A stretch of DNA of 56,895 nt, taken from Candidatus Yanofskybacteria bacterium RIFCSPLOWO2_02_FULL_44_18 (GTDB taxonomy: Bacteria > Patescibacteriota > Minisyncoccia > 2-02-FULL-40-12 > GWA2-44-9). The translations under genes and the position numbers were made by a program. A model generated the notes under the pieces. The model saw only the letters and a list, made by a program, of their open reading frames with translations, ran no database searches and was not told the DNA's origin. The stretch is taken from positions 65,130-122,024 of the forward strand of contig MGKT01000002.1 in assembly GCA_001794755.1 (NCBI GenBank). Reading direction: 5' to 3'. Of the stretch, positions 30,051 to 41,502 are shown one piece after another (positions within the stretch are counted from its first letter, which is position 1; every line of letters begins with the position of its first letter).

Positions 30051-31268
30051 CTAGTACGCCATGGTCCGGATGAAGCGTGGTCGGACGAATGTCCAACCAG
30101 CATTGTTGGTGAGGCCGCCCAGTTCAACCTGGGTCTTGCCTTTATCCGGTGTATACCGGATACCAACACCGGCGTACCACGTCCACGGCTTGCCCTGCGT
30201 ACGGCGGGCGCCGACGTCAGGTGCGATTGACCACCGGGTCGATCCGATTTTGATATTCGGATTGGGGCCGATGGCGAAAGAGTGAATCGGCGGGCCATGA
30301 ACCTTGCGTTCCCAGCGCAAGACCGGCAGAGCGAAAAATCCGAACCGACCGGACCGGAAAATCTGGACTCCGGCTCCGATTCTCGCCCCCGCTCCGCTGG
30401 CATCTGTCCAGAGGACATCGGCCAGTACTTTTGTTTTGCCCGTGCCTGGGACCCAGAGGCCGGCGACGATATCGCTGGACCAGCTTCGATTCCGCGGATT
30501 GAACGTGGAAACCGTTTCCACGAGTCCTTTCCGTCGCGAGTTCGTCACGCGAACGAAGAGGCCGGGATTGGGCGGGCCCTCGCTCGTATAGAGCGAGACC
30601 CGGGCATCAATCTGAAGGGTTTGACCGGCTTTGTCTTTCTGCTTGTCGGACGCCGCCTTTTTCACGGTCTGGGCAACTGCTCCGCCGGCGACAGAAAGGA
30701 GGAAAGAGATTGTACAACCGCAGACGTAGACCAGCTTAGCCAGTCCCCAGAGTTTCATCAGGCCGGCGAGGCCGACCAGACAGAAAGCTAGGCAGAAGGG
30801 GAACATCTTGCCGGCGTGTTCTCGGAGTACGTTCCAATGCCACGTCGTCTCCGTCGGCTCTCTGAGTGTACGCCAGGCAGGATCGCTCTTCTGGAGGCTG
30901 TCGAGTTCCCACATCATGCGGCGGTATTCAGGATGGGATAAGTAGGCGTCCATGTTCATTTTCGCCAGCCGTCGAACAGGCTCCTGGGCCGCACCGATGG
31001 ACGCATTGCCGATGATCTCATTGACGAAGATCAGATTCCGGTGGACGGTAGCGATGTCGATGTTGCCCGTCATGTTCACCAGTTGGACTATTCGGCTCGA
31101 GGCCTCCTTCCTCGCGGTCTCATCTGTCCATCGGGGATGACCGTAGGTGAAGATCTTGACCGTCCGAGCCTCGGTCCATGTCCGGGCGTTCCATGGGATG
31201 AGCACGGCGATTGCGGCCGTGAAGGTCGCGACGACGACTGCATAACCGAACGCGCGGTCGAATTTCAT
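30051..31268 (-). CDS. hypothetical membrane protein with beta-strand-rich C-terminal domain
   Basis: TM helices followed by amphipathic strands; own promoter TTGACG-N17-TATAAT (31341-31313) and SD-like AAGGG. Confidence 0.65.
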   Translation of the reverse strand: MKFDRAFGYAVVVATFTAAIAVLIPWNARTWTEARTVKIFTYGHPRWTDETARKEASSRIVQLVNMTGNIDIATVHRNLIFVNEIIGNASIGAAQEPVRRLAKMNMDAYLSHPEYRRMMWELDSLQKSDPAWRTLREPTETTWHWNVLREHAGKMFPFCLAFCLVGLAGLMKLWGLAKLVYVCGCTISFLLSVAGGAVAQTVKKAASDKQKDKAGQTLQIDARVSLYTSEGPPNPGLFVRVTNSRRKGLVETVSTFNPRNRSWSSDIVAGLWVPGTGKTKVLADVLWTDASGAGARIGAGVQIFRSGRFGFFALPVLRWERKVHGPPIHSFAIGPNPNIKIGSTRWSIAPDVGARRTQGKPWTWYAGVGIRYTPDKGKTQVELGGLTNNAGWTFVRPRFIRTMAY

Positions 31269-31381
31269 GTCTACCCTTTTAAAGTGCTGCAGGGGAAATA
31301 CCCTGATACCTAATTATATCATGATAATACTAAAACGTCAATATTTAAAGCAGTGCTGAATTTTAATAGCATTGCAGAAAC

Positions 31382-32401
31382 ATGACATCTCTACGGAACG
31401 CAATTTTGGCGACAATTACTTACTACGACATTTTGGAGATGCCTTTGACTTTGCTTGAAGTCCACTCTTACCTTATCAATCCGGCCCGCTTCCTGGTTCG
31501 CAAGAGAGCAATCGGAGATATTTCCATATTCCAAATCGCCAAAGAAATGGAACAGCTTTGCCGGATAAATATTCTCGAAGAAATAAACGGCATGTATTGC
31601 CTGTCCGGCCGCCGGCATATATACAAATTAAGGATTGGGAGACAGCTTTTAGCCGCGAAAAAATGGAAAAAATTTTTAAGATATGTTTCCTGGCTTAGCC
31701 TGGTCCCGTATGTGCGAGGCGTATTCGCGAGCGGATCTATGGCGTTAAATAACACGAATCTTGAAAGCGATTTTGATGTTTTGGTCGTAATTCAGTCCGG
31801 CCGATTGTATAGCGGCCGCCTCATATTATCGGCCTGGACATCTCTTTTGGGCATACGTCGGACCAAAGATGATTTAATTGCGCCCGACAAACTGTGCTTT
31901 AATCATTACATTACTGACGGCAATTTGAAAATAAATCATGAAAGCCTCTTTAACGCCTCGACATACGCCCGTCTGATTCCGGTGAAAGCGAGCAATCAGA
32001 TATATTTTTCATTTTATGACCGGAATGGCTGGATTAATCAATACGTCTACCATTTTAAGCCGGTGGCGCATTTTCCCAAAAGGCAGGCCAAAACATATTC
32101 TTGGATGGAAAAAATCGGAAGATTCGGCGAGTCAATTTTAGATACTTGGTTCGGAAATGTATTTGAATACATATCCCGCTGGTATCAGCAAAAGAGAATA
32201 AGAGAAAATCCGGCCACATATGCCCAAGGCGGGAGAATCGTATTTAACGATTCGGAATTGGAATTTCACCCGTATTCTTTTGAAGCTTATTTAATCGGGA
32301 ACTATAACTCGGGATTGAAAAAGTTAGGCATAATGCCTTTCATTGAAGAAAGAGACTCCGGGCTTCTCGCCGGGCCGATCTCCATGATGATTGCGAATTG
32401 A
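31382..32401 (+). CDS. nucleotidyltransferase-domain protein (pol-beta fold)
   Basis: ASGSMA....ESDFDVLVV (GS..DxD) motif. Confidence 0.7.
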   Translation: MTSLRNAILATITYYDILEMPLTLLEVHSYLINPARFLVRKRAIGDISIFQIAKEMEQLCRINILEEINGMYCLSGRRHIYKLRIGRQLLAAKKWKKFLRYVSWLSLVPYVRGVFASGSMALNNTNLESDFDVLVVIQSGRLYSGRLILSAWTSLLGIRRTKDDLIAPDKLCFNHYITDGNLKINHESLFNASTYARLIPVKASNQIYFSFYDRNGWINQYVYHFKPVAHFPKRQAKTYSWMEKIGRFGESILDTWFGNVFEYISRWYQQKRIRENPATYAQGGRIVFNDSELEFHPYSFEAYLIGNYNSGLKKLGIMPFIEERDSGLLAGPISMMIAN

Positions 32402-32985
32402 TATTTCATTTAGTATATGCTAATCTGGGTCAGTTTTTTGGAGGCCTTGTGTTTAGAACACGAGTCATCTCTGATGATGTCCCTTACAATTCCATAGGAG
32501 AAGACGAGCAAGCCATTATTGAAAGAGCAATGCGATTCTTCTGCACCCAACACTACATTTTCTATCCATGTGAATTTTTCCATGACACCGCAAGTCTTCG
32601 GACTATATCTGAAATGCAATTCATTGAAGAATATCGATGTAACCTTCATTATCCTGATTTAAAAAAGCAGAAACACTTTCCGTCAGGCATAAAAATCATT
32701 GTTGCAAAAATTTCTTACGGATTCATTGATAGGGTAATTAACTCTATTCATGCGCCGGGGAAGGTGAGTGGTTACCACATATTATTTTGGCCGCTCAATG
32801 CGCACAATGCTCCGAGTATAACTGATTGGCGATTATCTTTTACAATTCACGAACTTGAATCAGCGATTAAGATCGGATTGCAGGATTTTATGACCAAGCG
32901 ATTGTTAGAAAAAATGGAAGATGCGCTGGAAGTTGAACATTTAATTTTAGAGTCTGCCTACGAACCCAGTCCAAGCACCGCATGA
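32398..32985 (+). CDS. hypothetical protein
   Basis: 195-aa ORF with TTGA overlap; no recognisable motif. Confidence 0.45.
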   Translation: MIFHLVYANLGQFFGGLVFRTRVISDDVPYNSIGEDEQAIIERAMRFFCTQHYIFYPCEFFHDTASLRTISEMQFIEEYRCNLHYPDLKKQKHFPSGIKIIVAKISYGFIDRVINSIHAPGKVSGYHILFWPLNAHNAPSITDWRLSFTIHELESAIKIGLQDFMTKRLLEKMEDALEVEHLILESAYEPSPSTA

Positions 32986-33008
32986 GGTGCTTTTTTGATT
33001 GGGGTCAC

Positions 33009-33046
33009 TTGACAGCAAATTAGCAGTCCGCTATCATGAGTGCCAG
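33009..33046 (+). promoter_or_regulatory. groESL promoter overlapped by a CIRCE (HrcA operator)
   Basis: TTGACA-N17-TATCAT; TTAGCAGTC-N9-GAGTGCCAG (33020-33046) versus consensus TTAGCACTC-N9-GAGTGCTAA. Confidence 0.85.
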
Positions 33047-33065
33047 AAAATAACCGTACACACAT

Positions 33066-34984
<1,919 letters not shown>

Positions 34985-35083
34985 ATGAGAAGGTCCCCAA
35001 AGGGGACTTTTTCATTGGGTTGACGTTTCAATATATCTTATGCATACTTGCGCCAAGAACTTTCACAACCGGAGGGAGGCAGC

Positions 35084-36055
35084 ATGGCTGACAAGCATCA
35101 TGCCAACAAATCTCCGGTTGTCCAACCGGAGAAAAGATGGCCCCCGAGGGCTTTCAAGGATTTCGGCCCCTGGCTTAATAAATTTCGTCTGCACGCTCCT
35201 GTTAAATCTGAATTGTTGGCGGGCATTGTTGGATATATTGAGAGATTCCACAGGAAAATGGAAGAATCAAAAGAACACGCAATTAAATTAATGGAAGAAA
35301 GCCACGCTCGAGCTATGGCAGAGAAGAACGAGCAAATAAGGATACTGGCTAAATTATACGAAAAAGCCCTGGAAGATATTTATGTCATCAGGAACACGGA
35401 GAGAATGACCCTTTTGCTCAATAGGGTCGGCTTTACCGAAAAAATCACCTCATATATTCAACACGCAAGACACGTTACATGCGTTTTGGGTTTTATCGAT
35501 GTTAATAGGTTTAAAGAAATTAATGATGCCTACGGGCATGCCACTGGAGATGCGGTCATCAGTTCATTGACCGATATAATTTCATCGACAATCAGAACCC
35601 AAGAGGCTCGCGGCAATTCAATGATGACTGATCTCCATGCGAGACTGGGCGGCGACGAATTTGCTTTTTTTATTCCCGATATTCCCGAACATGATGTAAC
35701 TCTTGCGCCGATTATCATCGAAAGACTGAACCACGCGATAGACGAATATCATTGGCAGCAGGTCGGAGTGCCCGATGTCTATATTTCAGTTGGTGTCGCG
35801 TGCATGATGATTGATGAAAATCAACTTAATGGTGATGACGCAAAAATCGTTGCGGCGGCGCTTTGCGCTGAAGCTGACAGGCTGATGTATCGCGCCAAGG
35901 CCGCTTCATCGAGTAATCAAGGCTTAACGAATGAATCGCGCACTGAACGATATATTTTGAAGGGAAACGTAGTTGCACCAGGCCCCCCTCTTCTATTAAA
36001 TACCGAAGATGATAGAAGGCGAATCCCCGACCGGCGGCAACATACCGAAGATTAG
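35084..36055 (+). CDS. diguanylate cyclase (GGDEF) with N-terminal coiled coil
   Basis: FIDVNRFKEINDAYGHATGD, ARLGGDEF, ADRLMYRAK; GGAGG SD before ATG 35084. Confidence 0.9.
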   Translation: MADKHHANKSPVVQPEKRWPPRAFKDFGPWLNKFRLHAPVKSELLAGIVGYIERFHRKMEESKEHAIKLMEESHARAMAEKNEQIRILAKLYEKALEDIYVIRNTERMTLLLNRVGFTEKITSYIQHARHVTCVLGFIDVNRFKEINDAYGHATGDAVISSLTDIISSTIRTQEARGNSMMTDLHARLGGDEFAFFIPDIPEHDVTLAPIIIERLNHAIDEYHWQQVGVPDVYISVGVACMMIDENQLNGDDAKIVAAALCAEADRLMYRAKAASSSNQGLTNESRTERYILKGNVVAPGPPLLLNTEDDRRRIPDRRQHTED

Positions 36056-36120
36056 GGCCACGAAGTGGCCCTTTAAATTGCCAGGCACATGTTTATTGGG
36101 TAAAATATTGTAAATTTAAC

Positions 36121-36207
36121 GGTGAGATGGCTGAGTGGTCTAAAGCACCACGTTGGAAACGTGGCGTAGGGGAAACTCTACCGTGAGTTCGAATCTCACT
36201 CTCACCG
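36121..36207 (+). tRNA. tRNA-Ser(GGA)
   Basis: Acceptor GGTGAGA/TCTCACC, anticodon arm CCACG-TTGGAAA-CGTGG, long variable arm, T-loop TTCGAAT; CCA not encoded. Confidence 0.95.
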
Positions 36208-36228
36208 CCTTCGATATTTCTTATCGGA

Positions 36229-36243
36229 AGACCCGAGTGCCTC
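36229..36243 (+). repeat. left copy of 15-bp direct repeat (candidate att core)
   Basis: Lies inside inverted arms TTATCGGA/TCCGATAA, about 20 nt after the tRNA. Confidence 0.5.
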
Positions 36244-36329
36244 CGATAAAGAATTATTCAAAAACAGCGTCTGATATGATGCTGTTTTTGATGCTTGGCA
36301 AATAAAGAATTTTTGCTTTTAATGGCTAT

Positions 36330-37043
36330 ATGGAATTTAAAGAAGCAACTAAAATTCTCGATGCCATCCTCTCCAAAAAAAATCCACCATATTTTAACAG
36401 CTCGTGGATTTTAAAAAATGCTCCAAAAGTTTATCGATTCATTTGGACAAATATCAGAACAGAAAATAGAGATATAGATTGGGATAAAGTAACTCGATCC
36501 CTTAATCACAGATTTTGGAAAAGATGGCAACATCCCAGGAAAAGACCAAAACAATACTGGGATAAAAAAGAAGTTCATCGAGTATTAAAGATATATAAAG
36601 ATAAGCTATATACATTTATAACTGCCCTAAATGACGAGGATAAATATCTTAGAGATATTATAAGCGTATCCCTGGTTAGACTAGCTCAAAATGGCAATAA
36701 ATCAGCCAGTAAAGAACTCTCTGAGTTATTACGATACACAATAGACCATTGGATAGAGTATTGCTGGAAACTCAATCGTTGGCGAGGATATGAAGACAAA
36801 ATTCAAGAAAAGATCGATTGCTGTATCCGTCGCTATCGATATACCGGATCTTTCATGGCTTATCTGTTTAAAACTCTAGAGTATTCAAGCTGGGGTTTCA
36901 GGCTATTACATAAACACTCTTTAGATGAATATATACCCGGAAGAACCGACAAAAGACGGATTGATAACGTAGTCCAAGATCCAGAAACAGGAGAAATTGG
37001 AATGTATGACAGGGCTAACCAATCTGGGATGCCGGATCTATAG
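36330..37043 (+). CDS. hypothetical basic protein, possibly sigma/regulator-like
   Basis: 237 aa; LVRLAQNGNKSASKEL resembles a sigma-factor N-terminal region. Confidence 0.6.
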   Translation: MEFKEATKILDAILSKKNPPYFNSSWILKNAPKVYRFIWTNIRTENRDIDWDKVTRSLNHRFWKRWQHPRKRPKQYWDKKEVHRVLKIYKDKLYTFITALNDEDKYLRDIISVSLVRLAQNGNKSASKELSELLRYTIDHWIEYCWKLNRWRGYEDKIQEKIDCCIRRYRYTGSFMAYLFKTLEYSSWGFRLLHKHSLDEYIPGRTDKRRIDNVVQDPETGEIGMYDRANQSGMPDL

Positions 37044-38358
37044 TAACAATTTTCTTAGTAAACTTTATCTTTGACTTGAAGCATCCCATCAATTCACGTT
37101 TCTCCTCATTAGCGCCTTCTTTGAGAATATATTTGGCATAAGTTTTTAAATCTATGTCTTTATGTTTTGTCTTCTTATCAGAAAATCCTAGAACTCCTTT
37201 TTGGAACTTATTAAATCTTTTAAGTTCATCCTCAAATTTAATCTGTATTCCGGAATTGTTAAAATCAATTTGGTCTAGGAGCTTAATTAGCTGATCTATC
37301 AAATCTTCTTCTCGCAGGTACTCGTTTTTACAATGTCTATCCTTAGATCTGCCACAGCCATAGTATATGTATTTAGCTGTAGTCCCATCCTTAAGCTGTT
37401 TATACTTCTCCTCGGCTGATATCATTGAGCTACATAAGCCGCAGACCATTAATTTGGTAAAGGCGAATTCATGGCTGGTCCTAATAATATTATCCCTTTT
37501 AAGCTGTTCTTGGACTTTATCAAATAGCTCTTTATCGATAACCGGTTCATGTTTACCCTGGTACCATTGATTACTCTTTTTAGGATATTCGAAGATTCCG
37601 TAATAGAAAGGATTTTGAAGCATCCTAAATATATTGCTTAGAGCCATATTATGGTTGCCCACCGATTTGAAGTTTAATTCAAACTTAAGCCAATGATGTA
37701 TCTTTCTGCCCGACCATTTCTCATGAGCCATTTTCTCAAATATCTTTTTAACAATCGGCGATCGATCAGGATCTAGGATCACCTGGCACTTTTTGTCCAT
37801 GTGCTTTTGATTTAAGTATCCTATTGGGGCCACTCCCGGCCAGAGGCCCATCTCAACTCTTGTCCGTAGTCCTCTCTTTACGTTAATACCCCGGTTATCG
37901 TTTTCTAATTTAGCTTGAGAGCCTAGTATCATAAGAAGGAACTTCTCATTTGGATTATTTGAGAATCTTTGACCATATGTTCTGATTTCTTTTAAGATCC
38001 CCGCATCCATAAGATCTACTATCTTTCCTAAGTCTCCTGCATTTCTAGATATACGATCTGGTGCCCAGGTTAATATGCCGTCAAACTTATTCTGCTGAAT
38101 ATCCAGTATTATCTCGTTGAAGATTGGTCTTTGGCCTGTTTCTTTAGCTGAATGAGACTCTCTTTTTACCGTAACGATCTCCAATTGCTCTCTTTCGGCC
38201 AAAAGGAGCATCTCCTTGATCTGACTATCAATAGAGAGTATTTGTTTTTCTTCTGATTCTGATGATTTCCTGGCATAGAGGCAATACCTTACCTTTGCTG
38301 GTATTGCCTGTGGCTGGGTCCCTGAAAGCCCTTGGATATTGTGATTATTCATATACAC
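37015..38358 (-). CDS. large serine recombinase (resolvase + recombinase + zinc ribbon)
   Basis: YCLYARKSSE..Q..SIDSQ, ESHSAK..RP, DRISRN, APIGY, NPFYYG, CGLC...YYGC. Confidence 0.93.
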   Translation of the reverse strand: MYMNNHNIQGLSGTQPQAIPAKVRYCLYARKSSESEEKQILSIDSQIKEMLLLAEREQLEIVTVKRESHSAKETGQRPIFNEIILDIQQNKFDGILTWAPDRISRNAGDLGKIVDLMDAGILKEIRTYGQRFSNNPNEKFLLMILGSQAKLENDNRGINVKRGLRTRVEMGLWPGVAPIGYLNQKHMDKKCQVILDPDRSPIVKKIFEKMAHEKWSGRKIHHWLKFELNFKSVGNHNMALSNIFRMLQNPFYYGIFEYPKKSNQWYQGKHEPVIDKELFDKVQEQLKRDNIIRTSHEFAFTKLMVCGLCSSMISAEEKYKQLKDGTTAKYIYYGCGRSKDRHCKNEYLREEDLIDQLIKLLDQIDFNNSGIQIKFEDELKRFNKFQKGVLGFSDKKTKHKDIDLKTYAKYILKEGANEEKRELMGCFKSKIKFTKKIVTIDPASQIG

Positions 38359-38449
38359 AAGGGATGACGTAATCCCCTAAAGGAGTCCAGAGCGTCCCAG
38401 TTGGTAAGTTAAAATTGGATTAATAGCCTTCTTTTTGTTAGAATTTTCT

Positions 38450-38594
38450 AACAACCTAATGACCTAAACCCGGTGACTTCATTGGGCATGGCACAAAACC
38501 ACCTGCATACCAAACTTGTCGTTTGGCTTCCACGCATGTGGTTATAGAGGAAACTCTATAAAAGAGCTTATGCTCTAAGCCAGGCGACTTTTTT
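38450..38594 (+). ncRNA. unidentified structured RNA, copy A
   Basis: Promoter TGGATT-N17-TAGAAT (38416-38444); helices covary with copy B; ends in a T tract at the RT stop. Confidence 0.65.
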
Positions 38595-39727
38595 TATTGT
38601 TTGTTTAGCCGAAAGAAGATCTGGTTTTCAAGGTCTTGTTGAAGAATAAAAGAATTACTATGGCTTAAGATCCCCAGATAAGAATGGATGGTATGGTCAA
38701 GTGAGTCATAAGACAATGATCCTTGATTATACGATTTAATTTTTTCGTAAATCTTGGCAAAAATTCTTTTCTCGGTTTTTATCCTTGGCAGTATGAAGTG
38801 TGGGAAACAAACATATCCAAGGAAATCAACGCCTTGGCTTAATTTTCGAACCGTAATTTTATTGGGATGTAATTCAAGTTTCAACCTATCTTTCAGAAAA
38901 TCTTTTATTAAATCCTGGATTTCAAAACAATGCTCTCTTTGAGGATGAAGTATCACAAAATCATCGGCGTAACGAATGTAATGTTTTTCGTGAAGTTCGT
39001 GCTTCATAAACTGGTCGAGCTCATTGAGATAAATATTGGCAAAAAGTTGCGAGGTCAGGTTGCCTATCGGCAATCCCTTAGGCTCACTGGGATCTACTGT
39101 ACGATCCGAACTAAAACTAGATATAACTTCCTCAAGAAGTCGTCGAGTGTGTATGCTCCTAATACGTCCGAAAATTATATCTATGAGAATTTTTTGATCA
39201 ACACTTGCAAAAAACTTTCTGATATCACATTTCAAAATCCAACATGGCTGAGTATTGTTTTTGCTGACTATTCTTGCGTATCGGATAAGTTGTTCCACAC
39301 CACGATGAGTTCCTTTATCTTTTCGACACGAATAGGAATCATGGATAAAAGTTTTATCAAAGATTGGATTAACATGCTTAACGATGGCGTGATGGAGTAC
39401 ACGATCTCTAACCAGGGCTTTGTGGATGTGGCGTAGTTTTGGGTCTTGCACGAAAAATGATGTATATCCGGAATGCTTGTAAGTTTTATCGGCCAGCTCT
39501 TGATGAAGCTCCCAAAGATTATCTTCTAAATTGCGTTCAAACTCTATAGTATCCAGCCGGTCCTTTTTGCCAATTCTAAATTCTTTCCAAGAGGTGATTA
39601 AATTATCGATCTTAACTATTTCGTCAAAAAGATTATGAACAACCATAAAAATACTGGACAGTTTAATTTGGAAACTCCGATCTTCAAAAAGACATACGAC
39701 TTTTTGAAAGAATTCTACATTTTTCAA
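38594..39727 (-). CDS. DGR reverse transcriptase
   Basis: PKLRHI, RDRVLHHA, SYSCRKDKGTH, KCDIRKFFAS, GLPIGNLTSQLFAN (DGR-type SQ), YIRYADDF, GVDFLGY; likely start ATG 39646. Confidence 0.96.
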   Translation of the reverse strand: MKNVEFFQKVVCLFEDRSFQIKLSSIFMVVHNLFDEIVKIDNLITSWKEFRIGKKDRLDTIEFERNLEDNLWELHQELADKTYKHSGYTSFFVQDPKLRHIHKALVRDRVLHHAIVKHVNPIFDKTFIHDSYSCRKDKGTHRGVEQLIRYARIVSKNNTQPCWILKCDIRKFFASVDQKILIDIIFGRIRSIHTRRLLEEVISSFSSDRTVDPSEPKGLPIGNLTSQLFANIYLNELDQFMKHELHEKHYIRYADDFVILHPQREHCFEIQDLIKDFLKDRLKLELHPNKITVRKLSQGVDFLGYVCFPHFILPRIKTEKRIFAKIYEKIKSYNQGSLSYDSLDHTIHSYLGILSHSNSFILQQDLENQIFFRLNKQ

Positions 39728-40015
39728 TTAGACTTTCCAAAGAAAGATCGCTACAGCCTGGGACAACGATGTGAGACTTATCTGCTCGGCGTACTTGAGG
39801 GTATCATGCTTGCCAGCCAGACGAGTAAAGATAGGAAATATCTTATTCTTCAGCAGGCCAGTGGCAAGTTAGATATGCTTAAGGTTTTCGTGAGATTAGC
39901 CGGGGACATCAAGATTCTCAGCGATAGCCGATACATAAAGTGTCAGAATCAAATTCAAGAAATCGGTAAGATGCTGGGTGGCTGGATGAAGTCTACCCAC
40001 GAAGATCAGTTTTAA
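39635..40015 (+). CDS. avd: DGR accessory variability determinant (four-helix bundle)
   Basis: PIFKKTYD..FPKKDRYSLGQR..EIGKMLGGW; lies between TR and RT. Confidence 0.88.
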   Translation: MNNHKNTGQFNLETPIFKKTYDFLKEFYIFQLDFPKKDRYSLGQRCETYLLGVLEGIMLASQTSKDRKYLILQQASGKLDMLKVFVRLAGDIKILSDSRYIKCQNQIQEIGKMLGGWMKSTHEDQF

Positions 40016-40054
40016 CTATCAGGCCTTCTCTAAGAGAAGGCCTGATAGTTAAAA
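40010..40054. repeat. perfect 21-bp inverted repeat just 3' of the TR
   Basis: TTTTAACTATCAGGCCTTCTC-TAA-GAGAAGGCCTGATAGTTAAAA. Confidence 0.9.
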
Positions 40055-40067
40055 AACGACGATACTG

Positions 40068-40184
40068 CCGAGAGGGGCAGACACCGAGATTCGAATTCGC
40101 ATTGTCGCGGGAATCGTTGTTCACGTTGAGACCGTCCGAGTCGAAGTTGCCAACGTTGACGGAGTTACCGTCGGAAGACTGCAC
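40068..40184 (-). ncRNA. DGR template repeat (TR), 117 nt
   Basis: Differs from the three VRs only at its adenines; 24 A in 15 codons, 9 of them AAY. Confidence 0.97.
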
Positions 40185-40565
40185 CGATATGTTTTATTCC
40201 CTCCATGAGCGCTCCATAGCCACTGGGGATTATCAAAAGATTCTCCCCTGAATTTTACCTGGTAGCAGTCCTTTGATTTACGCAGGACATCTACGCTGAA
40301 ATAAAACACGTAGTTTCGTAGTTTTTACTACTTTCCGGCCACGCCACTTCTTATAGCCAGGGCCATAAGAACTCCGGTGGATATCAAAAAGAGGAGGTTC
40401 GTAAGATTAAACTAGCCTGAGCCGAGCTTAATCTCTATTAACAAAGCTCAGTAATATTGTTGCATAAAATACCCGGTTATAAAAGGACTGGTAAAATTCT
40501 ATTTTTGACTGTATATTTATGTAATAAAGTTCCGACTACACCACTTGTGGTGAGTTTATTGAACC

Positions 40566-41393
40566 ATGCCATTTGAAGCCTACAAAATCTACGAAGAATA
40601 CGAGCCGGATAAGTTCAAAAACTCGACTCAGAAAAAAGTTGAGCAGGCTTTAGATACCGCTAAAAAAGAAGGGCTAGTACCCGAGGCTAAAGAAACCAAT
40701 ATCGAATTCGATGAAGCTCGAGAAATATTTGGCAAAGACTTCTTGGGGCCAGAAGCAATTCAAACCACTTTCGGCGTTGAATTAACCCCAGACGAACTCA
40801 AAGAAGTAGAAGATATTCCTTTTACCAGAGAAGAGCTGGAACAAGCCAAGCAATTGGGTATGATGTTGGTTCTAAGAGTGCCCAGACTCGGTGAAGGCAA
40901 AACAGAGCGTCCTCTAACAATTGATTCTGCCAGAGAACTATTTAACAAGGGCGATTCCCTTGGCGATCCTAAGAAAAAGAAACAAAAAGTATTTTATGGC
41001 AAAAAGGGCGAGAGCTGGTATGATAATGAAAAATTTGCGACCCAAGACACTCCTAAGCTTGGTTGGGGTTTAGTTATGAAATCGGTATTACCTGATTCAC
41101 TAAGTAAAAACTGGAACCAGCAAGAGGAAGTTCTTAAGAAATGGGCAAAGGATAACAACATAAACCCCAGTCTTGTTAAGAGAAGGACACCCGTAGAAAT
41201 TGCCTACGATACCCTGATATATTACGGTGAGAATAAGGAGTCATTGTTAGAGAATAGGTACGACTGGTCCGGCGTGCAGTCTTCCGACGGTGGCTCCGTC
41301 TACGTTGGCGGCTTCGACTCGGTCGGTCTCGGCGTGCGCTTCGATTCCCGCGACGGTGCGAGTTCGTATCTCGGTGTCTGCCCCTCTCGGTAG
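40566..41393 (+). CDS. DGR target protein 1 (CLec-like fold, C-terminal VR)
   Basis: VR at the 3' end; YDWS motif before the VR and terminal GVCPSR; paralogous to targets 2 and 3. Confidence 0.92.
   Translation: MPFEAYKIYEEYEPDKFKNSTQKKVEQALDTAKKEGLVPEAKETNIEFDEAREIFGKDFLGPEAIQTTFGVELTPDELKEVEDIPFTREELEQAKQLGMMLVLRVPRLGEGKTERPLTIDSARELFNKGDSLGDPKKKKQKVFYGKKGESWYDNEKFATQDTPKLGWGLVMKSVLPDSLSKNWNQQEEVLKKWAKDNNINPSLVKRRTPVEIAYDTLIYYGENKESLLENRYDWSGVQSSDGGSVYVGGFDSVGLGVRFDSRDGASSYLGVCPSR
41274..41390 (+). repeat. variable repeat VR1
   Basis: 16 mismatches to the TR, all at TR adenines. Confidence 0.97.
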
Positions 41394-41460
41394 TTTCGAG
41401 ATACTTGGGCACTTGGATTCCTTGATTCTTATTGGTTTCCTTGGGTATTCGAAAATTTTT
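41394..41460 (+). repeat. conserved post-VR element 1 (IMH-associated)
   Basis: TTTCG...(CTTGG/CTTGA units)...TTCGAAAA, shared with the elements after VR2 and VR3. Confidence 0.75.
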
Positions 41461-41502
41461 TGAGGGCTGGTAAAATACCATTTTTAATTGTAATATCCAT
41501 AT

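Noticed and set aside
36190-36210. tRNA 3'-end duplication as attachment site
   Set aside because: No second copy seen in the window
38594-39727. RT as retron, group II intron or CRISPR-associated RT
   Set aside because: SQ motif, adjacent avd and adenine-specific TR/VR pairs identify a DGR; no maturase or Cas1 domain
39993-40184. 63-aa ORF resembling the target C-termini
   Set aside because: It is the TR read in frame, not a fourth target gene
41394-41460. CRISPR-like array in the post-VR repeats
   Set aside because: Units are about 5 nt with no spacers; no cas genes or CRISPR array seen anywhere in the window
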